From positions 992,001-1,056,000 of the forward strand of contig OZ237735.1 in NCBI GenBank assembly GCA_965178125.1: 64,000 nucleotides of DNA, in the 5' to 3' direction. The notes under the pieces are model-generated. The model searched no databases. It saw only the letters and a list, made by a program, of their open reading frames with translations, and had not been told where the DNA came from. This DNA is from Bilabrum cf. latius (lineage: Eukaryota). A program made the position numbers and the translations under genes. This document shows, one piece after another, positions 1-12,300 of this stretch; position 1 is the first letter of the stretch; each line of letters begins with the position of its first letter.

Positions 1-3000
1 ATCGTGGCTGTCCTTGACATGGCGACAACGATTGCAAACGACGCAGGTCTGGGTTCTCTGCTGACCGAAGACTCATCTGCAGTAGCCATCGATGCGCTAT
101 GCTTGGAGGGATCTCCTAGGGGAGAACACATTGCAACCAATGTTTTGTTCTAGTTTTTTCCAGAGCCACCATCGCATCAGCTGCCCGAAGAGGATCTTGC
201 AGCTCTTGCTGTTCGAGTTGCTGCTGGCCTGCGATTAGCTCTCAACACGGCATTTCGCCTGAAACAGTTAGAATCTTTTGGTCAACCTGGTCATATATTT
301 GAGGTGGACCCCACTGAAGCCCTGCAAGGACCCATGGGGGGCTTCGGGCCGTGGAGAAACGGGGCGTACTTTGACGCCATTCGTCTGTCTCCCAGCGGTG
401 GCACCCGTGTCTGGACTCGCTGGTGCAGCGCCACAGAAACTTCCATCGTAGCAGCACGGACAAAACAGCACATGGACGGTTCTCGGGACGGCTCACCTGA
501 CTTTGCTACGGTGGGCACACGGACAGCGGATGTGACAAGTTCAGGACGGGTATCGCGTGCAGCTGGTGCCAAACCAAGGCTATCAGCTGGTCTGCAGGCT
601 GCTATTGGGGTGGGTCCATTGAACTTAGTTGGGGGTTCGCTAGGGGTGTCAATAGAGCTCATTCAAAAGCAAAGGAGGCGCCAGAGCGTAACTGAGCGAG
701 CGAAGCGGCTGTTAGACAGCGACGACAAGCTCGTTGGAGACTCGCGAAGGTCGCAGGAGCGCATGATCGATGCAAGGCGGAGAGTTGTAAATTCGGGCGA
801 CCTTCGCTCCGCGCTTGCGCTGCTTGCCTTGGAGCTGCACTGGGCGTTTGCAGTTGCTGCTGGATTTGCTGAGCAAGGCGGTCGCTCCGAGGAGGCCGCC
901 TCCTTGCAGAGCCTCGCGAGAAGGAGCCGCAACCTGGGCGCGCATGATTCGTCCAAGAGCGGCAAAGTTGCTTCAAAAGTCACAAACGACGACATTCTTT
1001 GGGAATCTATGGGTGATGGGTCCCCAGATGCCCCGGCTATTCACTGGTCGTCAATCTTGCAAAGCATCGATCGATCCGTTCCAAGTGACCATGCACAGAC
1101 CGCTCATGTAGAACCGCTGGAGCGTGCAGAGGCACTTAGCATAGCTGAAACTGCCGTGGCGGTGCTTCGTGTCCTCCAGGAGGACACTGCAGCCGAAGGA
1201 GTCATCAACATGGAGCTTCGCAGGACCAACTCTTTGACCCCAAAGCTCGCTAGCGAACTCGTGCACGTGCTTGTGCACAAGAATGATGCCGAGTAGGCAT
1301 CCGCAGTTGTCGACTGGCTTGCCCGCAGTGGCGCACTTTTGCACCCTCATGCTCTGGTTTAGATCATGCGGTCCCTTTGCAAAGATCATAGCTACCAGAG
1401 AGCTGTTCAGATTGGTCTGGTGGCTCTCCGACTGCTGCACTCTGACGAGAGTGGGCTCCGTGTGTACGAGAACAGGATTGCATCTGAGATCTTAAATTCA
1501 TTGATTCGAAAGATGCAACGTGACCACTTGGCTTGGATCCGAGGAATTGGACCTAGCACTGGGCTTTATTCGGCCGTTGTATCCGGGCACGTTGTGCGTG
1601 GAAGCGAACAAGTCGAGTAGGATGATACAGAAGATGAGGACGGCCATAGTGGTAGCAGGACAGAAGAAGATGTGCCACAGTCGCTAGTTCTTTCTGGTTT
1701 TGGTGCTGACAGTATCCGAAGAAATACGAGCTTGCGACGGCTTCCCCGAGCAGGCGAAGTTACGTGCGACGCACGATCGCTGTCGGTTGTTGAAGAGGCG
1801 GCATTTGAGATCATACGAAAAACGGCCCTCAACGACATGTTGTCTAGTGACGTCTTCTTTGCAGCCGTGATGAAGTTCTTTGTGGGCATATCGAGGCCCT
1901 CGCTCGCATTGGCTGCGTTCGAGCAGTCGCTGTGCAGCACTGAGCCGCCGTCCACTTCGATGGTGCAAGCCTTGGCTCTCGCGTCGTCTGCGTGTGGAGT
2001 ATCGCTTCCAGTAAAAATGGCTGCGTCCTCTCTTGTTCTTCCGGCTGTCCGGACGTTCAGCGAGCTGGACAGTCACGGCCGTGGCGACTCAGACTCAGAC
2101 GCAGATGTGGAGGGGCCCGCGGCAACACATCTGTAGCAGCAAGCTAGAACTGGGAGCTCTCGTGATTTGTTTGCTGATTTTGCCGCCGACAGGTTGCAGC
2201 AAGTGTGGTTTCCGTCCGACTCGCACGCCTGGGTCGCAGAGGAGACCCACCACTCATCAGAATGGAGTCCGCAATCTAGGCAGGGCGGGACCTTCGTGGA
2301 GGACGTCGTCGTGCCTCCAACAGGTTCTAGCCCTGCTGCGAGGTACACCCCGACACAGGACACTGTGCAGCAGCCTGTGGTTCTTGGGATGCTGTCTGAC
2401 CCGGATGCATCTTCGCGTGATGTACTCAGTTTCCGCGAGAGTCGCAGTCTCGAACGGCTTCCTACGGACTGGACGAGGCTACGCGATATCGACTAGGTCC
2501 TCCGCGCTTCGATTATTGCATTGTAGTCGGTAGGCGATTGGAGTGGTGTGCAGGACCTTTTGGAAGAGGTTCTCCACGAGCGCAGCCCGGGAGCACCCCC
2601 TGGAGAGCACACCGTCGTTGGGCTGCTCCTATGCACCGCCAAGTGCGGCAGACCCGAAGCAGCTGGAGCTGCTGTGATTGCTTCACTTCGTGCATCCGGT
2701 GCACTTGAAGAGCTTCCTGGTTGGACTGTGACATCAACTGACGTGGTGGAGTACTTGATCAGCAAGCTCGGGGTCACAGGCCCAGGGGAATCTGGAGCAG
2801 CAAACTCGCCGGGCACAGAACCACGCAATGTGACTGGAAGAGTAAGTTCACAGTCCGCTTCACAGTCTGCCAACTTGCCAGCAGGCCTGCTTCAAGACGA
2901 TGAAAGAGACACCTTTACACAGAGCGGATGGGGCGGTGCAGAGTCGCCGTCGTTCTACTCGGCTGAACTCGCTGCTGACGTGCAGTTGGATTCGGCGTCG

Positions 3001-3210
3001 GGCCATGGTGGTACCGCGGATGTTTGGAACCCAGAGGATCAGGCGTGGGGGTTCCGCGTTCGCTTGACAAGCGCTGGGCATAGGGATTCATTGGCTGAGG
3101 AACTCCGTCTCAGGGTCCCTCGGCTGCGAAAGCTGCTTGTAGGGGCACCTTCCACCCGGGGTGCGACTGGGCGTGCACCTCATCGAGTTCTTTCAACGGA
3201 GTCCAGCTGA
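1..3210 (+). CDS. Hypothetical large protein, 5'-partial (>1,069 aa with TAG read as sense)
   Basis: ORFs 304, 1366, 1672, 2167 and 2548 share one frame, broken only by TAG (e.g. 151, 1294, 1618, 2134, 2494). The frame is open from base 1 to TGA at 3208-3210. No family recognised. Confidence 0.7.
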
Positions 3211-3579
3211 CGATCTTGGCAAGCATGGTTCGGAGAGCCGTGTCATTTCTACAGCGCAATGCATTGCGCGGCCAAGGGGACGCACGGCCGCGCGTACCAG
3301 AATACCAGAATAATTTGTAGGGTAAAGAAACCACACAAAGTAATGTGCAACCACGAATGGCTGTCACACCCCCAAGGTGGGGCCATCAAAGATGACCTCA
3401 GAGAACAACGCGATCAAAAGACCCGCAGCCCCCCCCTAGCGCGTCGGCACGGACATACAGTAACGTTTCAATTCTGGTATTCTTGTAAATGTGTGGCAGA
3501 TTGTCTGCGCACCGTTACTGTGAGCTGGAACGCACTTCAACTTACCCACCAACTCTATTGAAACAAATCGATTGTTACT

Positions 3580-6129
3580 ATGTCATCCGTCCCACCAGTC
3601 CAAGTTACGCCTGATTTGACTATTCGATTGGATTCTGACGAGGTCCTGCGAGTCAATGGATTCAGAATCTTGTCCACAATCGGGCGCGGAACTTTCTCAG
3701 AGGTAGTTCTTGCCGAGAAAGATGGCTGTCACTACGTAAGTCGATGTATCCTGGTTTGTTTGAATCTACTCCGGGCCTTCATGGGGCGCACCTTGATCAG
3801 AGCCTCGGTTTCGACAGCAATTCCCCGCAGGCAATCAAGTGGCTCGACAGAGTTAAGCTAGCCAGGCAAGGTGCATTTCGGTCGAGTGGGGGCATTGGGT
3901 GCACTGCAAGGACTCCGCTTCAACTGGTTTCGAATGAGGTCGTTGCTACTGGACTGCGGATCCTCTCAACTTCATCCACAGTGCCGGCACTAGAAGTGAT
4001 TAGTGACGGGGGGAGGGACTTGTTCATTGGTAAGTCACATAAGAATTCTGTGGTTTCAGTTCGGAGATTTACGATGCTCCGAACGGCTCAGGCATGCATG
4101 TCGTCGAATTAGCTTCCCCGCAGTGCAAGAGTATGCTGAAGCTGGGGCCATCATGGTGCCACTTGACGAAGAGAAGGGCTCGTATCTTGCCTCATTTGGC
4201 GGTATTTCTAGCCCACTTACCCCAGCATCTGAGGCTGAGGTATCGCAGGAGCCATCTGCAGAGTGTTTTGAGGAAGGCATTGCTAGGGTGATGTTTCGCT
4301 CCATTCTAGCCGCATTGAAAGAGTGCCACGAAAAAGGTATTGCCCACCGTGACGTTAAACCTGAAAATGTTGTAGCTAGCGCGGATGGTCGAGTTCGACT
4401 GACTGATTTCTCAAGCTGTTACCTTTTCTCGCGCCCTGCACAAGCGGCGAGCACGAGCAGCGCCGAAGACGCACTACTGGTGCAGGGAATCGAGGCCCTC
4501 ATCACGGGAGATGACCCTGCCGACCAACACATTGCTGCTGAGATTGCAGCTGCGGCGCATCCGGTGGGTCGCGGGTCCGTGTCGGACCGTCAGATCCGGC
4601 AGCTGCATGCGAAGGAGCACCCAGCGTCGGGCGCTCACACTGGCTCCAAGCAATCTGCCCACGCTGATCCCGGGCACTCGGGAAAAAACGAGCAGACTGA
4701 AGCACAAGAGAGTGTTTCCCGCTCTGCTCCTCGGTCCACTTCGCGAGTGGACAACTTCGATGCCACTCCGAGGCCAGCGTGCCCCAACACGAAGCCACCC
4801 AGGCCGCCGATGCCGCCTCCAGGCGACACAGATTTGGATTAGGCTTTCGTCACCGCCCCGAGCGCTGGTGCTAGCAAAGAGGCGCCCGCAGAGGATGAGT
4901 AGGCGGTGGATGCGGCCGGATCCGTCGAGGCAAAGGAGCGCGCGCCTCGAGCTGAGGTGACAGACACACAAGGAACTCCCGCGTTCTTTCCACCCGAGGC
5001 GTGCAGTGCCGCGGGTGGGGGCCACAGGGAGGCCAGCCAGCAAGTGCGGTTCGATGCCTTCAAGCAAGACGCGTGGGCAGCTGGGGTCACTCTGTACTGC
5101 TTGCTGTTCGGCTACCACCCGTTTGCATCCGAGGAAACTCCCACGGCTGAGGAACTGTTCTAGAGGATCGGGAAGGGCACCGTGGACCTTCCACGGCGAG
5201 CTGGCGACGGGGCGGTGGAGCACTTGGAGGTGCCGCTGTCTGGGAACGGAGCAGCCGACATTGCAGCCGCTGAGAAAGCTGCCCTGGCTGGGATTCCAGA
5301 TGATGAGGCCGCCGAGGCATTGGCTGACAGCGATCGCTTGTTTGTTTCGCCGCAGGCTGAAGAGCTGCTCGTCCTCCTGCTAGCCGCAGATCCCGACAAG
5401 CGGCTGTCCGTCCAGCAAGCCATGGATCACCCGTGGATTCAAACAGACCACGACAGGCAGTTCACCGAGTGCCCTGCCATCGATCTATCTGCTCTGGAAC
5501 CGTATGAGTCCCTCATCGTCGACTAGCTTCGAGAGGACAAGGCACGCGGCGGCACTGGCGTGCTCTCGGCAGACGGCAAGCAGAGCATGCTAACCTTTGA
5601 TCCTGGGGCCTCAATGCCAGCGACCGATCTTGGTGCCATTGAGGCTCCAGGATCGAAGGCAGCAGCTGATGCAGGACGGGAGCCTGTAGGTGCTGCTGCA
5701 GGTGCCGACTCTGGGATGCCAAGCGTTGCTGCAGACGGTGCCGCAGCCGCCCCTGTTGCTCGCGAGCCAGCTCGGCTGGTGGATCGCGGGTTCCTGTCTA
5801 AGAGGGGTCGCATCTTGAAGAGCTGGAAGCAGCGCTGGATACTGATCCGAGAAAACGTGTTGATGTACTTCGCTGACGAAGTGGAGGATGCGGACGAGCT
5901 GGACTTGGAGGAGCTGGGCAAGCGAGCGACGGGCGAGGTGATCCCACTCGACGGGCCGACTTATGTGTCCGCGCAGCCCAAGCCGAAGAAACCGTATCGA
6001 TTCTGTGTGGAAGTAGAAGGAAGACAGCTGTACCTGCAGGCAGCAAGCCAAGACGACCTAGACGCGTGGATGGAGTCAATCAAGTATCTTGCCGCCAAAG
6101 CAAGGGCAGACGCCGCACACTCGTCGTGA
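3580..6129 (+). CDS. CaMKK/GRIK(SnAK)-like Ser/Thr protein kinase with C-terminal PH domain
   Basis: Kinase motifs IGRGTFSEV, AIK, HRDVKPEN, DFS, GTPAFFPPE, DAWAAGVTLY and DPDKRLSVQQAMDHPW. PH domain RGFLSKRGRILKSWKQRW...LYLQAASQDDLDAWMESI. Introns 3736-3830 and 4030-4123 (GTAAGT...CAG). In-frame TAGs at 4840, 4900, 5161 and 5524; ends TGA. Confidence 0.85.
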
Positions 6130-6467
6130 GGGGCATCATCCTCGCCATTTTTTGGCTGCATGTACTGCAAGAGCGTTGGGGTTTCTGCTTGCTTGATAAC
6201 TGTTGTCGTGCAAGCCAGCAAATGCCAGTCTCGTAGATGTTCGATGCCTTGCAACAAACGCTGTGCACTGTGCACACACGCAGTGGCTCCATAAAAAGGA
6301 GGCACATCAGTCCAACGGCCCTCGTCTCGGGATTTGTTCACCTAACACCACCACTCCAACAACTGCCCGCCTTTTGCGAATGATGAGGAGAACCAATCGT
6401 ACACAACCCCGCCGGCGGCGACCTCTCGCCCCAGATCCAGTCAATTTGGATCGGTACCCTGTCCGAA

Positions 6468-9325
6468 ATGGCCGCTTCTGGCGCTGGTGAAAGCTTGAAG
6501 GCATCTAAAACTGACATTAGTGAACCAGGGAAGGATCTTGTTGGCCGCACTGAGCGAGGTGTCAAGCTGCAGCAGTTTGAGAATCCACTCCCTCTGGTCT
6601 TCTTCTCTTCGGCTGACGAGACATCCATAGATGGCCAATCAAAATATAACCCAAGAGTAGCCTCCTTCTTGCGCGACGATTGGATTGCGGGCCAAATGAG
6701 CGTTCGGTGAGATTACAGCATTGCAAACGCACGCGTCCCGCCATTCTTAATTAAACTGGTTCAACGCGGGCCTCTTAAACTATTTGCACAGGGAATCAGA
6801 GTACACCGAGTATCACGCTATGAGATTATTCGCTGGAAGCTGGAATGTCAACGGGAAACATCCTGACAAAGACATGGCCCCTTGGCTTCTTGGGAGAGCC
6901 GCAGGTGCAGCCGCTGCCGAATCACGCGAAGCCGGTACCTCGCTTCCCGAAGTTTCCCAGCTCGCTGATATCATTGTGATAGGGTAAGAAGGTGTTTACC
7001 ACAGCGGAGATTTGCAAGGCGTTTTTCGGCATTTCACGATAGTCTTGCTTTCGACCGATTCGTCGCAGGCTGCAAGAAATGGTCGATCTAAGCGCTGCAA
7101 ATGTAGCCATGGCAGGTGAAAGCGTGGCAAGAGCAAACCAGTGGCAGCGATGGCTACTTTAGACCCTAAATTCGGCTGCCATTGACGAGCACGACGATGA
7201 GGTAGTTCCAGTGGCCTCCCAGGCTCTCGTCGGTGTGTATGCCATTGTTTTCGTAAAGAAGAAGCATTTGCCTTTCTTGCATGACGTAGATGTTACCAGT
7301 ACGGCAGTGGGAATGCTCGGGATGGGCAACAAAGGTGCTGTTGCGGTTCGCCTTCGCTTGCACGATTCCACGTTCTGCTTCATTTGCTCACACCTGGCCG
7401 CACATCGCGACAAGGTGGACGCAAGAAACAAGGATTTTGCAAGCATTATGGAGCGAACAGCGTTTTCTGGAGAAGGGGAATCCCTGACAGAGGGTGAAGG
7501 CGGGGCAGGCGGGCGACCTGCGCGTCAGCTCACGACCTCGCGGCCCATCCCAATATCTGAGCACGAGTTCATCATCTGGCTCGGGGATCTGAACTATCGT
7601 GTAGATTCGGTTGTGTCGGTCAAAACTGCAATGTCTCTTGCGAAGGAAAGCAAGAAGAGTGCCGGTGCCCTCGAGAGCTTGTATCGACACGATCAGCTGC
7701 GCCGGGAGCGCGCCGAGGGCAGGGTATTTCAGGGCTTCGAGGAAGGCGAGATCAGGTTTCCTCCCACCTACAAGTTCATTCCTGGTACTGATCGGTTCGA
7801 TGATCGGCCGGATAAGAAGATGAGAGCGCCTGCTTGGTGCGACCGCATCCTGTGGCGGGTGACACGGGATCCGAGGCACCTGCAGGCCCTCTTCTACGGC
7901 TCTTGTCAGCAGATGGTAGCATCTGATCACAAGCCCGTCATGACCCTGTTCGATACAGCTGTGCGAACTACCGTGGTTGCACGGCGCCAAGAAGTTTATC
8001 TCTCAATTTTGAAGCAGCTGGACGAAATGGAGAACCTGATGCGACCAAAGGTCGAGCTCACTCCGTCGGATGGCCTGCTGGACGTTGGGCCTGTCAGTGT
8101 AGGTGTCGCCGTTCAGAAAACAGTAACCTTGAGAAATGTGTCGCCTGTAGCAGCAGGTTTCCGTTTTGTCCCGAAGCCGGAGGAGCGAGTGCTGTTTCCT
8201 CCGTGGCTGCACGTAGCACCGGCCTTTGGGCTCCTTCCTCCCGGCGAGTCTGTGTCTATCGATATCACTGTTGCCGTTGGCCCTGCTGTTGCGCGGGATC
8301 TTGCTCTAGGTCGGCCAACATTGAGCGATATTCTAATCTTACGGATAGAGAAAGGAAGAGACTTCTTCCTGTCGATTTCTGGCAAGGCAATGCCATCGTG
8401 TTTTGGCTGCACACCTTCTCAGCTCGCCGGGCGCATCGAGCCAATGCATTCAATTGCTGCTCCAGGCATCGCTGTCAGCAGTATCATATCAACTGCAGAC
8501 TCTGCTAGTGGTGCAGCAGGTGGTATCTCTGGTGCTTCAGGTGAACCATCAGTTCAACTAGCAGCAGGAAGTGGTGCCGACGAGTCTGCCCCTGCAAAGG
8601 CAACCACTGGGGGCCGAGCCGGTGAGCTCATGAAGCTTCCAAAGGAGGTGTGGAGACTTGTAGATGCGCTTGCTGTAGCGCCTGGAGGTGCTGGCCTGTA
8701 GCATCCTGGACTTCTCGTATGTCCGGGTAGTCCAAGCGAGGTTGTCACCATTCGCCAGTGCCTTGACACCGGCAAGGACTTTCCTGGCACTGTCAGCCCT
8801 CTATCCATCGGCCAGGTCCTAATTGAGCTGGTATCCAGCTTTGTTGAGCCGTTGATACCATGCGCACTGTTCCCGACCGATGATTTCGACGGTCTCTCCG
8901 TGGAAAGGTGGTGCAAGGAGATGGCGAGCGTGCTTCCGGGACCACACTACAACCTGCTTGTCTACATGGTTGCATTTGGACGAGAGCTGCTTCACCCAGA
9001 GAACTCCAAGAAGAACTTGCTCAACGCAGACTCGCTTGCGTTTATCCTGTCTCGTGCCATGATGCGATCCGTTCCACACGACTGCGCCCTCGCACACTGT
9101 GAAGCAGGGCACGAAGCAGACCACTTGTACGGAATGCTGCATGCAACGGGCACTCATGACGATACTTCAATTGTAGTTTAGGGTTCAAGAGCATTCGTGA
9201 GATTCTTGCATGATTCGTACTCGGATTTAGGCACAATGTGGCGACCAACGCAGGCGGAGCAGCGGAGGATGCATCAAGTACTCCGGCTACTGCTAGTCGC
9301 AGAAAAAGTCCAGGAATTGTTGTGA
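6468..9325 (+). CDS. OCRL/INPP5B: Type II inositol polyphosphate 5-phosphatase, OCRL/INPP5B family (5-phosphatase + ASH + RhoGAP-like)
   Basis: Motifs FAGSWNVNG, IG|LQEMVDL, MGNKGAVAVR, WLGDLNYR, PTYKF, PAWCDRILW and SDHKPV, followed by an ASH domain and a RhoGAP-like region (LPKEVWRLVD). Introns about 6706-6791 and 6984-7068. In-frame TAGs at 7160, 8699 and 9179; TGA at 9323-9325. Start codon uncertain. Confidence 0.9.
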
Positions 9326-9384
9326 GGGCTGATGGTGAATTGAATACAATCGAAACCATTTGGCAACTAGCGTCATGTGGAAAT

Positions 9385-12300
9385 TTATTTTAACAGAGTG
9401 TCATGCAGAGACACGTGAAACCGCTTAGACATCCTTAGAATACTCCTAGCTCGCTCACTATCTCCTCGCTCTTTAGCTTCCAAGAATGCAGACCTGATCC
9501 CGTGTTGCAATCGGTCGAGCACCATTCTAGGGTCCCATGAAATAGGAATACCCTCGCCTATCTCCTTGAACTGCCGAAAAAACTTACCATCGAGTATCCT
9601 CAACCCTGACGCATCGTCCACAACCGAACCTTCATGTCCGGAGGTCAAGTGCCTGGGGCTGTCAATTCCAATTGACCCCGTCTGCAGATACCTGAGAACA
9701 CCTCTTACATCTGACACCGCAGTCCTAACCCCAAGACCGTGCTCAATGGCACCCTCCACCAACCTAAGCACGCGCTTCGCGGCCTACCCAGCAACCCACA
9801 GCTCATTCTAGAGCTCCTGCACGGAATGCTCACCGATACAAGACATCACGTTGATGTCGCTTACCGCTACAATTGTGTCGTCATGCTTTAAGTCGCGCCT
9901 GGAGAGTTCAGATGCAAGCACGCTGCACTCATCCGCTAGGGTTCTCAGTCGGTGGCGGGCGTCAATGCTTCGAAATATGGAGTCGACAAACCACAGACTA
10001 GACTAGAGATGACAAAGACGCTCACAGCACGTAGCAAGCAGCTCAGACACACGTGGGCTGGCAGCATTAGTCTTCGCAAGGCAACGCTGGTGAAAGTGGT
10101 CGAGCAATGGCACTGCTGCTGCGGCCGGTAGCGGACATGCTCGCACCCACAGCCGATTGGCGTTCTTTTCCAGAGCCGTACACTCGGGGGCAGACTCTAA
10201 GTGGGCTGCCATGCCCGCTTCACTCGGCCGCATGCACAGAGCATACAACTGTCCAGCGGTGCTGCCCGCATGGCCGGCCTGGACAGTTTCAGCTGCTTCA
10301 AGCACGGTCCTGGAAACTGTGCTTAAAGCCTTCTCAACTTGATGGGATCCCAATACTTGCTCAATCGAATGCCGTCCTGGTACAGCTCCAATGCTTCGAA
10401 TGCTTGATGAACTTGCTGGGGGGCGTGTCGAGCCAAGGGAGATCCAAGAGCCGTACCGAGCAGCTCTTTCTAAAGCATCAATGCTAGCTCCTACACGAGA
10501 GGCGTAAGGCGCCACAGTCTGGAGCTCCTTTTCCTCCCCACTGAGCACCGGTAAAATAGAGCTCAGCTATGTGCTCGAGGAATGCTTGCTCGCCGGACTA
10601 CGCAACGCAGCTGGGGCAGCTTCTTCAACCTTCCCAGTCTCATCGGACAGCGCTAGCCTAGATACAAACAGCCTCGGGCCTCTCAAGGCACCAACGCACC
10701 GTTCATGAGACTGCTTGCCCTCAGTGTCCTCGCGAGATTTATTGGGTGGTTCCTCAGAACTCGGACTCTATCGGGCCAGTAAGGTCGATGGCGGCGTACT
10801 CCCGATTGCTTCAGGGCTGGAGAACTCAAAGTACTTTCGGGATCGCAATACAAGCCTAGTATAGCGAACAACTAACGCAGCGATGTTTCGCTACCACTAT
10901 TGAGCTTTATTGCCATCAGGTCCTGCTGCAAGTGCAACACTAGTATTAAGCACATGCTGCTTTATGGTTTGCCAGCGGGTGCAAACCTCACTTTGAACCA
11001 CAAGCCATTCACAGCACGCAATTAGAGAACACTCACCGGCGCCAGCAGGTCGCGTGTTGGCAATCTCAGACATGTGCTTGCAATCGCGACCTAACTAACA
11101 AGACTCACAACGTGGAATGGAGATCATGCTCCGCAATACTTCTGCAAGAGATGCCAAAGCAGCAAGATCGCTGGTCAGCCACTCCAGCAGCGTTGAACCA
11201 ATGGGATGATCCTTTGCGCGAGATGATGCCGAGCTATGGATTTCGGGAGCCTGTTTCTCGAGTACCGCCTCAAGCCTAGAACACAGCAGGCTCAGTTGCC
11301 GACCAGCTGCCGTTCTGCTTGCGCGTATGCTGCACGCTTCCAAAACATTTGCGTACAGAGAAGCAGTCTGCTCGATGATAACGTATACAGACGATTCAGC
11401 AGCAAGCATTGACTCAGAACCACTGCTGTGCGATCCACTGAGCATTGTGGCAAGCGTTCGTAGCGATCCAGAGTTGACTAGCACGCTCTCTTTCAGGTCG
11501 TCAACATCAACGCGATAGTCTTGTGCAGCATCTGACAGTGAAGCAGAGGCAAGCCACCAGATTGCCGACTCAAAGGATAATCGATTGCCTGCACCACGCG
11601 ATGCATGAGTTGCGCTGCCATGCACAGGAGACATCCCACCACAGCTAAAGCTACGATGCGCGCGAACTCGTGACAGAATGGAGTCGCTCAAGGCATTCCA
11701 CGTCGATCTCGAAGCCAACACCTACGCGATCCAAATGACGCCTGCGATAGCCTTGTCAGACCTCAGAGGCTCTAGCCATGCAACCAGTGCTCGAGGATCG
11801 AGGCAAGACTGCAGCTCCCCACTAGTAGGTTCAGTGCTCTCTGACAACAGTGAATCACCCAGCAAAGCAACTATGGACTCTGCGACCAGAACGCTCTTGT
11901 CCTCACCCTCGAGCAGAATCATACTTCGAACTTGACGACTACCTACTGAGCATTGAGGTGCCCGCACACTTTCCGCGCAGAAATCAGACAGCAAAGATGA
12001 CTTGTGAGCAGGGCGAGCCACGGAATCGGAATGGCCAGAGAACAGAGTGTTGAGGTACACGGCCGGCTGCGTCGATGATCTCCCTTGCGTCCATGCCCAG
12101 CCAAGCCCATGCTTTCCCATAAATGGACGACGCGGAGCAACACACTTTGACAGCATTGCAAGGGTTGGAACACAACGCTTCACAGCAGTGCGGACATCTG
12201 CCATATTCGCGACTAGAGGGAGTGCTCGCACGCGCCCAAGCAGCAAGCGAAGCTGGGCAACTCGGACGGATGCTACTGCAACGAAGATAGACCGCACCGA

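Noticed and set aside
6120-6470. Splicing of the PH domain onto the OCRL-like gene (OCRL proteins often have an N-terminal PH domain)
   Set aside because: The candidate donor TC|GTGAG at ~6126 is phase 2, while the best acceptor (~6434) is phase 0. The PH domain is in frame with the kinase. Not supportable without cDNA.
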